DNA of 64,000 nucleotides from Octopus sinensis. Lineage: Eukaryota. Below the pieces are notes generated by a model. That model searched no databases. It was not told the origin of the DNA and saw only the letters and a program-made list of their open reading frames with translations. Made by a program: the position numbers and the translations under genes. The DNA is taken from NCBI RefSeq assembly GCF_006345805.1, contig NC_043000.1, forward strand, positions 32,922,001 to 32,986,000, in the 5' to 3' direction. This document shows, piece by piece, positions 48,826-59,702 of the stretch (its first letter is position 1; every line of letters begins with the position of its first letter).

Positions 48826-51800
48826 ACTGTCCACCGACGCAGGGTCTCTAGGGCCCATACCTCCCACACCCTCAACGTTGGCACACTGAAAGGTAGGTCT
48901 GGCGAGATAGTTGAGATGCTTGAACGGAGATGTGTGGATATATGTTGCATGCAAGAAGTAAGGTGGAGAGGAGGTTCTGCTAGGTTCCTCACAGGCAAGG
49001 AACACAGGTACAAGATTTTCTGGGCAGGGAACACTGACGGGGTTGGAGGCGTGGGTATACTTATCGCTGAGAAATGGGTAGATAAAGTAATTGAGGTAAT
49101 CAGAGTATGCGACAGAATACTTAAGATTAGATTAGCACTTCATCATAGTTTAGCAACCATTATATCAGCCTATGCTCCTCAGTCGGGGCTACCTGATGGA
49201 CAGAAAGACCGATTCTATGACACTCTACTGCAGACTACCTCGTTGACGAACGACAGAGACCTTCTCTTTGTGGCTGGTGACTTCAATGGTCACGTTGGAC
49301 GACATGCTGGGGGCTTCCATGGCGTACATGGAGGCTATGGCTCTGGTTCCCGCAACGAGGAGGGAACCAGGCTGCTGGAGTTCTGCGATGCAAATAATCT
49401 TATGATTTGCAACACTAACTTCAGGAAACCTCCCAGCCACCTAGTCACCTACCGATCGGGCCAACATACCAGCCAAATTGACTACATCCTTGCCAGGCAA
49501 AGGGAGAGATGGCTACTTATAAATGCCAAAACCTTCCCAGGCGAAGAATGTACCCCACAACATAGACTGGTAGTTAGTGACTTTAGGATCAGGAGTAGGA
49601 GGACAACCAGAAGACGACCAACATGGAGAAGAAGGATCTGGAAGCTTAAGGATCCTGTGAATGGACAGAGATTTAGAGACATGTTACTTGAAGCCTTTGA
49701 CGAAGTAGAAGGTGATAGAGTATCACATGGGGTAGAGGACAACTGGACGTTTCTAAGGGACAACCTGCTGAGAGCCACCGACCAGATCTGTGGCTGGTGC
49801 AAAGTCCCCTCTCGTCCCAAGGTAACGTGGTGGTGGAACAGTGTCGTAGACAGGGCTATTAGAGAAAAGAGACAGACTTGGAAGCACTGGAAGAATGGTG
49901 GTAGCAGGGAATTGTATCAGACTGCTAAAAGGGAAGCTAGGAGACAGGTCTATCTAGCCAGAGGGGAAGCAGATAACAAAAAATTTGTCAATGTTCTGCG
50001 CCGTGAGGACCAAAGACTGGAGGTGTTTCGCGTTGCAAGACAGTGTGTGAGAGAGAATTGTGATGTGGTGGGAGAGAAGTGTGTTCGCATGGAAGATGGT
50101 TCACTTGCGCTAAACGAGGATGCAAAGAGAGAGGCTTGGAGACGCCACTATGAAAGGTTGCTGAATAAAGAAAATGAATGGGATAAAGAGAGTCTGCCGA
50201 ACGTTGACCCAACAGAGGGACCAGCTATCAGGGTTGATAGTTCCTTGGTAGCTAAGGCAATTAGAAGCATGAAGACAGGGAAAGCCCCAGGCCCATCAGG
50301 TATCACTGCAGATATGCTCAAAATATCTGGTAGTGTCGGCTATAGCCTAGTCACCTGTATAGTTAATCAGGTGATATATGAAGGAGTCATACCCAATGAC
50401 TGGTGTAGCAGCATAATAGTCAACTGCTACAAAGGTAAAGGTGATGCCCTAGATACAAATAATTACAGAGGTATCAAGCTGTTGGATCAGGTGATGAAGG
50501 TTACAGAGAGGGTCATAAACCAACTAATTAGAGAGAGAGTTAGTTTAGATGAGATGCAGTTTGGTTTCGTGCCAGGGAAAAGTACCACTGATGCTATATT
50601 CCTGGTAAGGCAGCTGCAGGAGAAATACCTAGCCAAAGATAAGCCCCTGTACCTGGCTTTTGTTGACATGGAGAAAGCCTTCGACAGGGTCCCCCGATCC
50701 CTCATATGGTGGTCAATGAGGAAACTAGGAATAGATGAATGGTTAGTGAGAGCTGTGCAAGCCATGTACAGGGACGCTGCTAGTAAGGTGAGGGTTGGCA
50801 ATGAGTACAGTGAAGAATTCCGGGTAGAGGTAGGGGTCTACCAAGGCTCAGTCCTCAGCCCCCTCCTATTTATCATAGTCCTCCAGGCAATAACGGAGGA
50901 ATTCAAGACAGGATGCCCCTGGGAGCTCCTCTATGCTGATGACCTTGCTCTAATTGCTGAGTCATTATCAGAACTGGAGAAGAAGTTTCAGGTGTGGAAG
51001 CATGGTTTAGAATCGAAGGGCCTTAGAGTCAACCTAGCTAAAACCAAAGTCGTAATAAGTAGGAAGGTAGACAAATCACAAACGCCTTCAGGTAGATGGC
51101 CCTGCTCGATCTGTAGAAAAGGTGTAGGTAGAAACTCTATAAGATGCACCAAGTGTAAGCTATGGACACATAAGAGGTGCAGCAATGTCATAGGAAGGCT
51201 AACTAGGAAGATGGTTTTTGTATGTGGCAGATGCTCGGGAGCATTAACCTCTGAAAATCTGCAGAAAACAACTTCCGTCACTTTCCAGGGGGAAAAACTA
51301 GAAGTAGTTGATAGCTTCCGTTATCTTGGTGACCAAGTCAGTAGTGGGGTGGGTGTGCTGAAAGTGTAACTGCTAGAGTAAGAATAGCCTGGGCAAAGTT
51401 TAGGGAGCTCTTACCTCTGTTGGTGCCTAAAGGCCTCTCGCTCAGAGTAAAAGGCAGACTGTATGATGCATGTGTACGAACAGCCATGCTACATGGCAGT
51501 GAAACATGGGCTGTGACTGCTGAGGACATGCGTAAGCTCGCGAGAAATGAAGCTAGTATGCTCCGTTGGATGTGTAATGTCAGTGTTCATAGTCGACAGA
51601 GTGTAAGTACCTTGAGAGAAAAGTTGGACCTAAGAGGCATCAGATGTTGTGTGCAAGAGAGACGATTGCGCTGGTATGGTCATGTGGTGAGAATGGATGA
51701 AGATAGGTGTGTGAAAAAGTGCCACACCCTGGCAGTTGAGGGGACCTGTGGAAGAGGTAGACCCAGGAAAACCTGGGTCGAGGTGGTGAAGCACGACCTT

Positions 51801-51887
51801 CGAACTCTAGGTCTCACCAAGGAAATGACCAGAGACCGAGACCTATGGAAGTATGCTGTGTGTGAGAAGACCCGGCAAGACCAGTGA
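48769..51887 (+). pseudogene. RTE ORF (about 1039 aa if repaired) broken by one 1-nt deletion in the G-run at 51346-51349
   Basis: Adding one G restores SSGGGCAESVTARVRIAWAKFRELLPLL, matching the older copies at about 21838 (agtagtggaggtggatgc) and about 57503. No other stop or frameshift was seen. Confidence 0.88.
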
Positions 51888-51934
51888 GAACAATCAAAAT
51901 CAAATCATATATCAGAAAGCAGGGGTTAAGTGAC

Positions 51935-52975
51935 CCATCCGTTCGTGTCCGCTGTCAGCCTCGTCTGGTACCCGTGCCGGTGATACGTAAAAGCACCATT
52001 CGCTCGTGGCCATTTGCCAGCTCTGCCTGGCCCCCGTGTCGGTGGCACGTAAAAGCACCATCCATTCGTGTTCGTTGCCAGCCTCGCCTGGCCCCGTGCC
52101 GGTGACACGTAAAAGCACCATCCGTTCGTGGCCGTTTGCCAGCTCTGTCTGGCAACCGTGTCGGTGGCACGTAAAAGCACCATCCGTTCGCGTCCGTTGC
52201 CAACCTCGGCTGGCCCCCGTGCCGGTGACACGTAAAAGCACCGTCCGTTCATGGCCGTTTGCCAGCTCTTACTGGCCCCGTGTCGGTGGCACGTAGAAGC
52301 ACCATCCGTTCGTGTTCGTTGTCAGCCTCGGCTGGCCCCCGTGCCGGTGACACGTAAAAGCACCGTCCGTTCGTGGCCGTTTGCCAGCTCTGTCTGGCCC
52401 TGTGTCGGTGGCACGTAAAAGCACCATCCGTTCGTGTCCGTTGCCAGCATCGCCTGGCCCCGTGCCGGTGACACGTAAAAGCACCATCCGTTCGTGTTCG
52501 TTGCCAGCCTCGGCTGGCCCCCGTGCCGGTGACACGTAAAAGCACCGTCCGTTCGTGGCCGTTTGCCAGCTCTGTCTGGCAACCGTTACGGTGGCACGTA
52601 AAAGCACCATCCGTTCGCGTCCGTTGCCAACCTCGGCTGGCCCCCGTGCCGGTGACACGTAAAAGCACCGTCCGTTCGTGGCCGTTTGCCAGCTCTTACT
52701 GGCCCCGTGTCGGTGGCACGTAAAAGCACCATCCGTTCGTGTTCGTTGTCAGCCTCGGCTGGCCCCCGTGCCGGTGACACGTAAAAGCACCGTCCGTTCG
52801 TGGCCGTTTGCCAGCTCTGTCTGGCCCCGTGTCGGTGGCACGTAAAAGCACCATCCGTTCGTGTCCGTTGCCAGCATCGCCTGGCCCCGTGCCAGTGACA
52901 CGTAAAAGCACCATCCGTTCGTGGCCGTTTGCCAGCTCTGTCTGGCACCTGTGCAGGTGGCACGTAAAAAACACC
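51935..52975 (+). repeat. Tandem array of about 61-bp hairpin units (16 full units plus a terminal unit) in the RTE 3' UTR
   Basis: Core CGTGYC-GGT-GRCACG-TAAAAGCACC-RTCCGTTCGYG recurs every 60-62 bp. Two variants alternate, and a 427-bp higher-order duplication is present (ggcaacc at 52151 and 52578). Confidence 0.95.
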
Positions 52976-53285
52976 CACTACACTCGCGGAGTGGTTGGCG
53001 TTAGGAAGGGCATCCAGCCGTAGAAACACTGCCAGATCTGACTGGGCCTGACGAAGCCTTCCAGCTTCACAGACCCCAGTTGACCCGTCCAACCCATGAT
53101 AGCATGGAAAGCGGACGCTAAATGATGATGATGATGATGTTATCACTAGCGATATCAAGATATAACTTTGTATTTTATGTGTAGATGTATATATATAGAT
53201 GTACATGTAATATGTACACATATATACATGCACTAGCACTATGACCCGGTAACGATGGGTCATAATGCTAGTATATATATATATG

Positions 53286-54170
53286 AAAGTGTAGCTGCTA
53301 GAAGTGCGCTGAAAGTGCAGCTGCTAGAATAAGAATAGCCTGGGCAAAGTTCAGAGAGCTCTTACCTCTGCTGGCGACAAAGGGCCTCTCGCTTAGAGTG
53401 AAAGGTAGACTGTATGATGCATGTGTACGAACAGCCATGCTACATGGCAGTGAAACATGGGCCGTGACTGCTGAGGACATGTGTAAGCTTGCAAGGAATG
53501 AAGCCAGTGTGCTTCGATGGTTGTGTAATGTCAGAGTGCATGTTCGACAGTGTAAATACCTTGAGAAAAAAGTTGGACCTAAGAAGCTCGAGATGTGGTG
53601 TGCAAGAGAGACGACTGCACTTGTATGGTCATGTGGCGAGAATAGATGAGGATAGATGTGTGAAAAAGTGCCACACCCTAGCAGTTGAGGGAACCTGTTG
53701 AAGAGGTAGTCCCAGGAAGACCTGGGATGAGGTGGTGAAGCATAACCTTCAAACATTGGTCCTCACCAAGGCAATGACTAGTGACCGGGACCTTTGGAAA
53801 TATGCTGTGCTTGAAAAGACTCGGCAAGCCAAGTGAGATCATAACCTTGTGGCCTATGCCAGGGGTGTAACCAGATCACTTCTGCGTATCTTTCCTTCAT
53901 TGGACACTAAACTCTGCTTACGAAGACCTGTTGAGGCAATCGAAATCGAAAATAAATTCGTTGACTGGCATCTGTGCTAGTGGAGTGCTAAGAGTACCAT
54001 CCGAGTGTGATTGTTGCCAGAGCAACAAACTGGCTTCTGTTCCGGTGGCATGTAAAAAGCACCATTCAAACGTGATCATTACCTGCGTCGCCTTGTTGGT
54101 ACCTGTGCTGGTGGCATGTGAAAAAACATTTGAGCGAGGTGGCTGCCAGTGCCGCTGGACTGGCTCCTGT
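53286..54170 (+). mobile_element. 5'-truncated RTE copy lacking its terminal module
   Basis: ORF 53398-53649 MKGRLYDACVRTAMLHGSETWAVTAED..., then the post-stop block and about 3 hairpin units; breaks at 54170. Confidence 0.88.
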
Positions 54171-54649
54171 TTTTTTTGTAAACTGTTTTTAACATTTTGT
54201 AAACTGATTTTAACATTTTCTTATTATTATCAAAGTATGTATATATGTATTGTAATCTTTTGTGACAACCAGTACTAAACACAACAAAGCTTTTACATGT
54301 TACTTTTGACAATCTTTTTCTAAAAAAGTGAAACCGGTCAAATGAATTGCATTTTCAAATCTTCTTTCATATATAATTCCACTCGTGCGGTACCTTACAA
54401 TTTTACTTTGTTATACACACACACACAATGGGCTTCTTTCAGTTTCTATTGACCAAATCCACTCACAAGGCTTTGGTCGGCCAGAAGCTATAGTAGAATA
54501 CACTTGCCCAAGGTGCTATGCAGTGAGACTGAACTTGGAACCATGTGGTAGGGAAGCAAGCTTCTTACTACATAGCCATGACGGTGCCTCTGTGTGCGTG
54601 TGTGTGTGTGTATACAGATACATATACATACAAACATAAAATGCCCCAG

Positions 54650-55445
54650 TGGCTCATTAGAGATAGTGGATAATTTCTGCTACCTAGGGGACCAAATGTG
54701 CAGTGGGGAGAATGCACGAAAAGTGCAACAGCTGAAATAAGAATAGGATGGAGGAAATTCAGAGAGCTTTCACCTCTGTTGGCAACCAAAGTTTACTCTC
54801 TCTAAATGAAAGTAAGATTGTATGATGCATGTGTATGGACAGCAATTCTAGATGGTAGTGAGACATGGGCCCTGAATACTGAGGACATGTGAAGGCTAGA
54901 AAGAAATGAGGATAGTATGCTTTGCTGGACATGAAATGCTAGTGTTTTGAGAGAGAAGTTAGGCATAAGAGGGATTAGATGCAGAGTACGAGAAAGAAGC
55001 CTGATTTGGTCATGTGATGTGGATAGGCAGCTCCATAAAAAAGTGCTGATCTCTCAAAGTAGATGGAACATAAGGAAAAGAGAAACATCGGAAACCATGA
55101 GACAAAGTATTGAAGGATGACCTCGGGATGCTGCAGACAAAGGACCGTACTCAAGAAGACCCATACTCAACTCTCAAACAGAAGTGTTAAGGCTGCTCCC
55201 CCTGGTGGAGAGATTTGGCCTGCAAGAGTCTTGTGCTGGTCCCACATAAAAGCACTTGTGCAGTGCCATGTTAAAAGCATCCAGCACACACTCTCAGAGT
55301 GGTTGGCATGTTAGGAAGGGCATCCAGCCATAGAAACCCTGCTGAATCGTATTGGAACCTGGTGCAGCTGTCCAGTTTGCCAGCGCTGGTCAAACCATCC
55401 AACCCATGTCAGCATGGAAAACTCATGTTAAATGATGATGATGAT
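54650..55445 (+). mobile_element. Old degenerate RTE 3' fragment
   Basis: Decayed YLG/RLYDAC/GSETW region followed by the terminal module and (ATG)n. Confidence 0.75.
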
Positions 55446-55620
55446 ACACACACACACACAGGTGAAGGCATGGCTGTGTGATTAAGAAGTTCACTTTGCA
55501 GTCATTGATTTTAGGTTCAGGCCTAGTGTGGTGCACCTGGGACAGGTGTCTTCTACTATTGTCTTGGACTAACCAATACCTCATCAGTGAAATTTGGAGA
55601 TGAAACTTCAAAGAAGTTTA

Positions 55621-55662
<42 letters not shown>

Positions 55663-55904
55663 GGATTGATGCCAGGCCTGCCTGACTGGCTCCTGTGTCG
55701 GTGGAACATAAAAAGCATCCACTATACTTTTGGAGGGGTTGGCGTTAGGAAGGGCATCCAGTTGTAGAAACATTGCCAGATCAGATTGGAGCCTGGTGCA
55801 GCCGCTGGCTCTCCAGACCTCAGCGAAACCATCTAACCCATGCCAGCCAGGAAAATGAACATTAAACGATGATGATGATGATAATATATATATATACACA
55901 CACA

Positions 55905-56540
55905 CATGGGTGGCCACAAAGTCACACACCATGGGAGATACCAAGTATGTTATATAATAATGAAATAGGTAATCCATTACAAATGTTCAAAGTGGTGGCC
56001 ATGTGGCTCTAAACAAGTGTTCATACGGAATTTGAAATTGCAATGAACCCTCACAAATAGCTCTCCATTGCTGTTGACTCATTCACACGCTTCAACAATT
56101 CTTTGAAGATGTCTTTGGCCAGGAATCTTTTCAGAATACACAAAGGATTTAATGTAGCCCCAAAAGAAAAAGTCCATGGGAATTAAATCTGGTGACCGTG
56201 GTGCCCACTCAATTGGCCTGTGCACCGGAGCCATCTCCTTGGAAAATGTTCATTTAGAAAATCATAAAACTGTAATGCATAATGGGGTAGAACCCAATCC
56301 TGCTGAAACCAGACAGGATTTCCCCTTCCAAGGGAATGCACTTGAGGCATCATCTTGTTGCCAAACATGTCCAGATATGAATCACCTGTCACAGAACCCT
56401 CAAAATAAAATGGTCCAATTACTTGTTTGTGCCAAATCCCACACCCACACCATTACCTTGCCCCCACCTTGTTGATTATCTGCCTCCATCCAATGAGGAT
56501 TGGTTTGTGAGTAACATCGGCAGTTGTGAAAAGAGATAAA
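55905..56540 (-). mobile_element. Tc1/mariner (DD37D-like) transposase remnant with one terminus
   Basis: NPHWMEADNQQGGGKVMVW...WFQQDW...HYALQ..DFLNEHFPRRW...WAPRSPDL(I)PMDFFFWGYIK across frameshifts; terminal gggtggccacaaagtc. Confidence 0.8.
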
Positions 56541-57059
56541 AAAAGAGAATGGTTGCAATTTCACATACTGCAAGATAGTGCAATCAGTGAAAGCTAAAAC
56601 ATACACTTAAATAAACCTATGTATATGCAAGTGCATATGCATGAGTGTGTGTCCATCACACACTCTCAGAGTGGTTGGCATTAGGAATGGCATCCAGCCA
56701 TAGAAACCCTGCTGAATCATATTGGAACCTGGTGCAGCTGTCCAGTTTGCCAGCGCTGGTCAAACCGTCCAACCCATGTCAGTATAAAAAACTCATGTTA
56801 AATGATGATGATGATGATACACACACATTCACAGGTGAAGGCATGACTGTGTGATTAAGAAGTTCACTTTGCAGTCATTGATTTTAGGTTCAGGCCTACT
56901 GTGGTGCACCTAGGACATAGATGTACATTGACATTTCTGTATCTTGCATGAGATTGACTTGGTTAAGAAAAAAAAAAGATTCTAATGTTTAAGTTCCCAG
57001 TGTACATTACATCTCATAGTTCTGCATTCTCAAGTCGGAATAAAAACTCTCTTGCTTGA

Positions 57060-57312
57060 AGGTAAATGATAAGAAGGCTCTTTCCTGGGTCATATAAGCA
57101 CATGGGGCTGGTTTCCTGGTTTCTGTGGAGAATATATAATCTCCCATGGATGGGACACCGGTCTGTCACAGGATTCCTCATTTTTGCCAGCTGAGTGGAT
57201 TCAAGCAATGTGAAATGAAGTGTTTTGCTCAAGAATACAATGCATTGACTGGTTCAGGAACTGAAACCACAACTGTACGATCAGGAGCTTAACACCCTAA
57301 CCACTGTGCTAC
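57060..57312 (-). mobile_element. tRNA-derived SINE family 3 (V-domain-like), degenerate; second copy at about 18860-19060(+)
   Basis: Shared CTTGAGCAAAACACTTCATTTCACATTGCT..AGTCCACTCAGCTG and GGACTGGCATCCCATCCAGGGGG motifs; tRNA-like head. Confidence 0.6.
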
Positions 57313-57479
57313 ATGCCTCCACACCAGCAAAAGAAAAACAGGCAGAAAAGGAAGAAATGAATGAAAGAATGAATATAGAGTGTGTGTGTGAAGGAAGATG
57401 TGAAGGAGCAATGATCACTGAGAGCACAGAAGGAAATAGATTTTATCAAATGCTCAAGAAGTTGTAAATGGCTACTGTT

Positions 57480-57790
57480 AATTAATTAGGTGATGTAATT
57501 AGCAGTGGAGGAGGATGTTCTGAAAATATAGCTGTAAGAGGAAGTATAGGATGGAAAAAGTTTGGAGAACTATGACCTCTGTTGGCAACAAAAGCTTTTA
57601 GTCTCAGAGTGAAAGGCAGATTGTATGATGCTTGTAGAGAAACGGCAATGCCACATGGTAGTGAGATGCTGGGCCCTGAATGCAGAAGACGTGTGAAGAT
57701 TTGAAAGGAAAGAAGCTGACATATTCCGTTGGATGTGCAATATCAGTGTGCATGTATGACAAGGGTTGAGAGAAAAACTGGACATCTGAA
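57480..57790 (+). mobile_element. Old RTE RT fragment
   Basis: Decayed ISSGGGCSE...RLYDAC...HGSE segment. Confidence 0.7.
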
Positions 57791-59374
57791 GTTGCCCCCC
57801 CCCATCATTTCCAAGGCCATGGTGAGGAAACAAAATGGGGGTAATCCCCATCAAAATGAAGAAAATCCAACTTATGTGGGCGCCCTGATCCAAAATGCTG
57901 CCATTTATAATAATCTAATTAAAATTTTACAGAAATGTTGTCATGTTCCAAAGTCTCATGATTTACCTCCATACCTGCTACAAATGTGGCAAACCTCAAA
58001 TTCCTGTGACTTGTAGTTTTGGATTTAGCTAGGTCTGAAAACACTGCAAAAACCGGCCATTTGTTACACATAACAAAATAAGCTTTACATAAATACTTAA
58101 AATATTGCTAACAAAAAAAAAAAAAATGTTTTCTTTCTAAGAACCTGAAAAAAAATTAGGCAACTACTATACCTTGGTCACTATTAATTTGTGTAATTTG
58201 AAGCTGATTATCACCTCAGTTTCAAAGACATGACATTGCAAATATAGCTAATTATTCATTTATGTAAATTAGGCAAAATTTCAACCATTTCACTGACCAT
58301 TCCAATTTCATATTTCCTAAAATATTTATCCAAATTTCACAAATGAGGTATCGAATGTTTCTTTTTGGATGCTCTCTAAGAAAAAGTACAATAGAAATTA
58401 CATTTAAATATTTTAAAAAATATTTTAAAACTGACCCTCTCCACTCACATTTCACAGTGATTACTCCATCCCTCCTATGCTACCAAATTATCACTCCTCC
58501 ACCAAGCCACTTCCTGTTGATTTGTCTTCATCACTATACATCTCTCCATGTACTACATCTTTCTCTCTCTTCACACTCTTACATCTTATCCACCAACATT
58601 TCATTTCAATCTTGCTGCTCTTCATCTTCCTATACTGTCAATCAGCATCTACTCCCCAACTCATATGTAGCATTAATTACCCTTCCACCAGTCACCCCGA
58701 TACTCTTCCCAATTTCTAGTCATCGTCTTTCAACTACTTTCCACCCAATTCATATTTTATCACAGACTTCCCCCACTCACCTCAACCTTTGCACTCCTAC
58801 ACCATTTCTTACCATTCCTCACTCTCTCCAGATATTCTTGCTACTTCTACACAGCAATCTATCCTGTTCTTCTCCTCCAGATACTTTTTCCTCAGCTATG
58901 GTAGCAAAGTTAGTGGGGACCAAGTTCGATGGGTCCAGTACGGCTCCACTCTCCAGAGCTCCAGCCATGAAACTTTGCATGTCATTGCTTGGCCCCATCC
59001 AAACCAGTTTCCCTAGTGCTATACCCCTACACTCTTGTTGGCTCACACCTCATTCAAGATCACTGACTCACTGTCCCTTTCTTTCATCAAGTCATAAGAA
59101 GGTATTGCGCTGCTACTCAGGCCAGTTCAGCCAACACAATATGCATTAGTCAGGACTGCAGCTACAATGAATGGTCTCTGATTTTCTCCATTTTTATCCT
59201 CCCTTGACCACTTCATGAAAAAAAAACCCAAAAAAACTGAGATATTAAACTGAACTAAAAATATGTAAAATAGTCGAAACTTTCATGGGAGTTTCTAGAG
59301 GGAGCTAACAAGGGAGATAACCAACACACATACAGCTGGCTTCAGTGAAGTTTACAACCTCAATTTTTTTCTTT

Positions 59375-59702
59375 TCCTTGTTTCAGTCATTTGACTGTGG
59401 CCATGCTGGAGCACCGCATTTAGCTGAACAAATTGACCCAAATTGGTCTCTTTTGCTGAACCGCTAAGCTATGGGAATGTAAACACACCAGCATTTGCTG
59501 TCAAGTAATAGTGGGGGTGGGGGACAAACAGACACAAACACACATATATACAATGGGTTTCTTTCAGTGTCTATCTATCAAATCCACTTATAAGACTTTG
59601 GTCAGTCTGAGGCTATAGTAGAAGACACTGGCCCAAGGTGCCACACAGTGGGACTGAAACCAGAACCATGTGGTTGAGAAGCAATCTTCTTACCACACAG
59701 CC
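59375..59702 (-). mobile_element. CORE-type SINE family 1 (internally deleted)
   Basis: Same head and tail as family 1. Confidence 0.85.

Larger units (their letters stand above)
48728..53139 (+). mobile_element. Near full-length RTE-clade non-LTR retrotransposon (APE endonuclease + RT + PHD-like finger, long arrayed 3' UTR, (ATG)n tail)
   Basis: ORF 48769-51369 continues in another frame to 51887. Endonuclease motifs TLNVGT, CCMQEVRW, YAPQ, GDFNGHVG, IDYIL, QHRLVVSD. RT motifs QFGF, FVDMEKAFDRV, QGSVLSPLLF, YADD (50932-50943), YLG. The 3' terminal module ends in gatgatgatg at about 53139. The true 5' end and TSD were not identified. Confidence 0.95.

Noticed and set aside
51935-52975. CRISPR array
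   Set aside because: Spacers are not unique (they recur as A/B types and in a 427-bp block), there are no cas genes, the context is eukaryotic, and the array is the 3' UTR of a LINE.
48161-53154. actagcgat as target-site duplication of the large RTE
   Set aside because: Only 9 bp, and the right copy is separated from the (ATG)n tail by 5 nt; likely chance. The 5' end remains undefined.
58343-59149. 268-aa protein-coding gene
   Set aside because: Low-complexity S/L/P/H/T translation explained by G depletion; no recognisable motif or splice structure.
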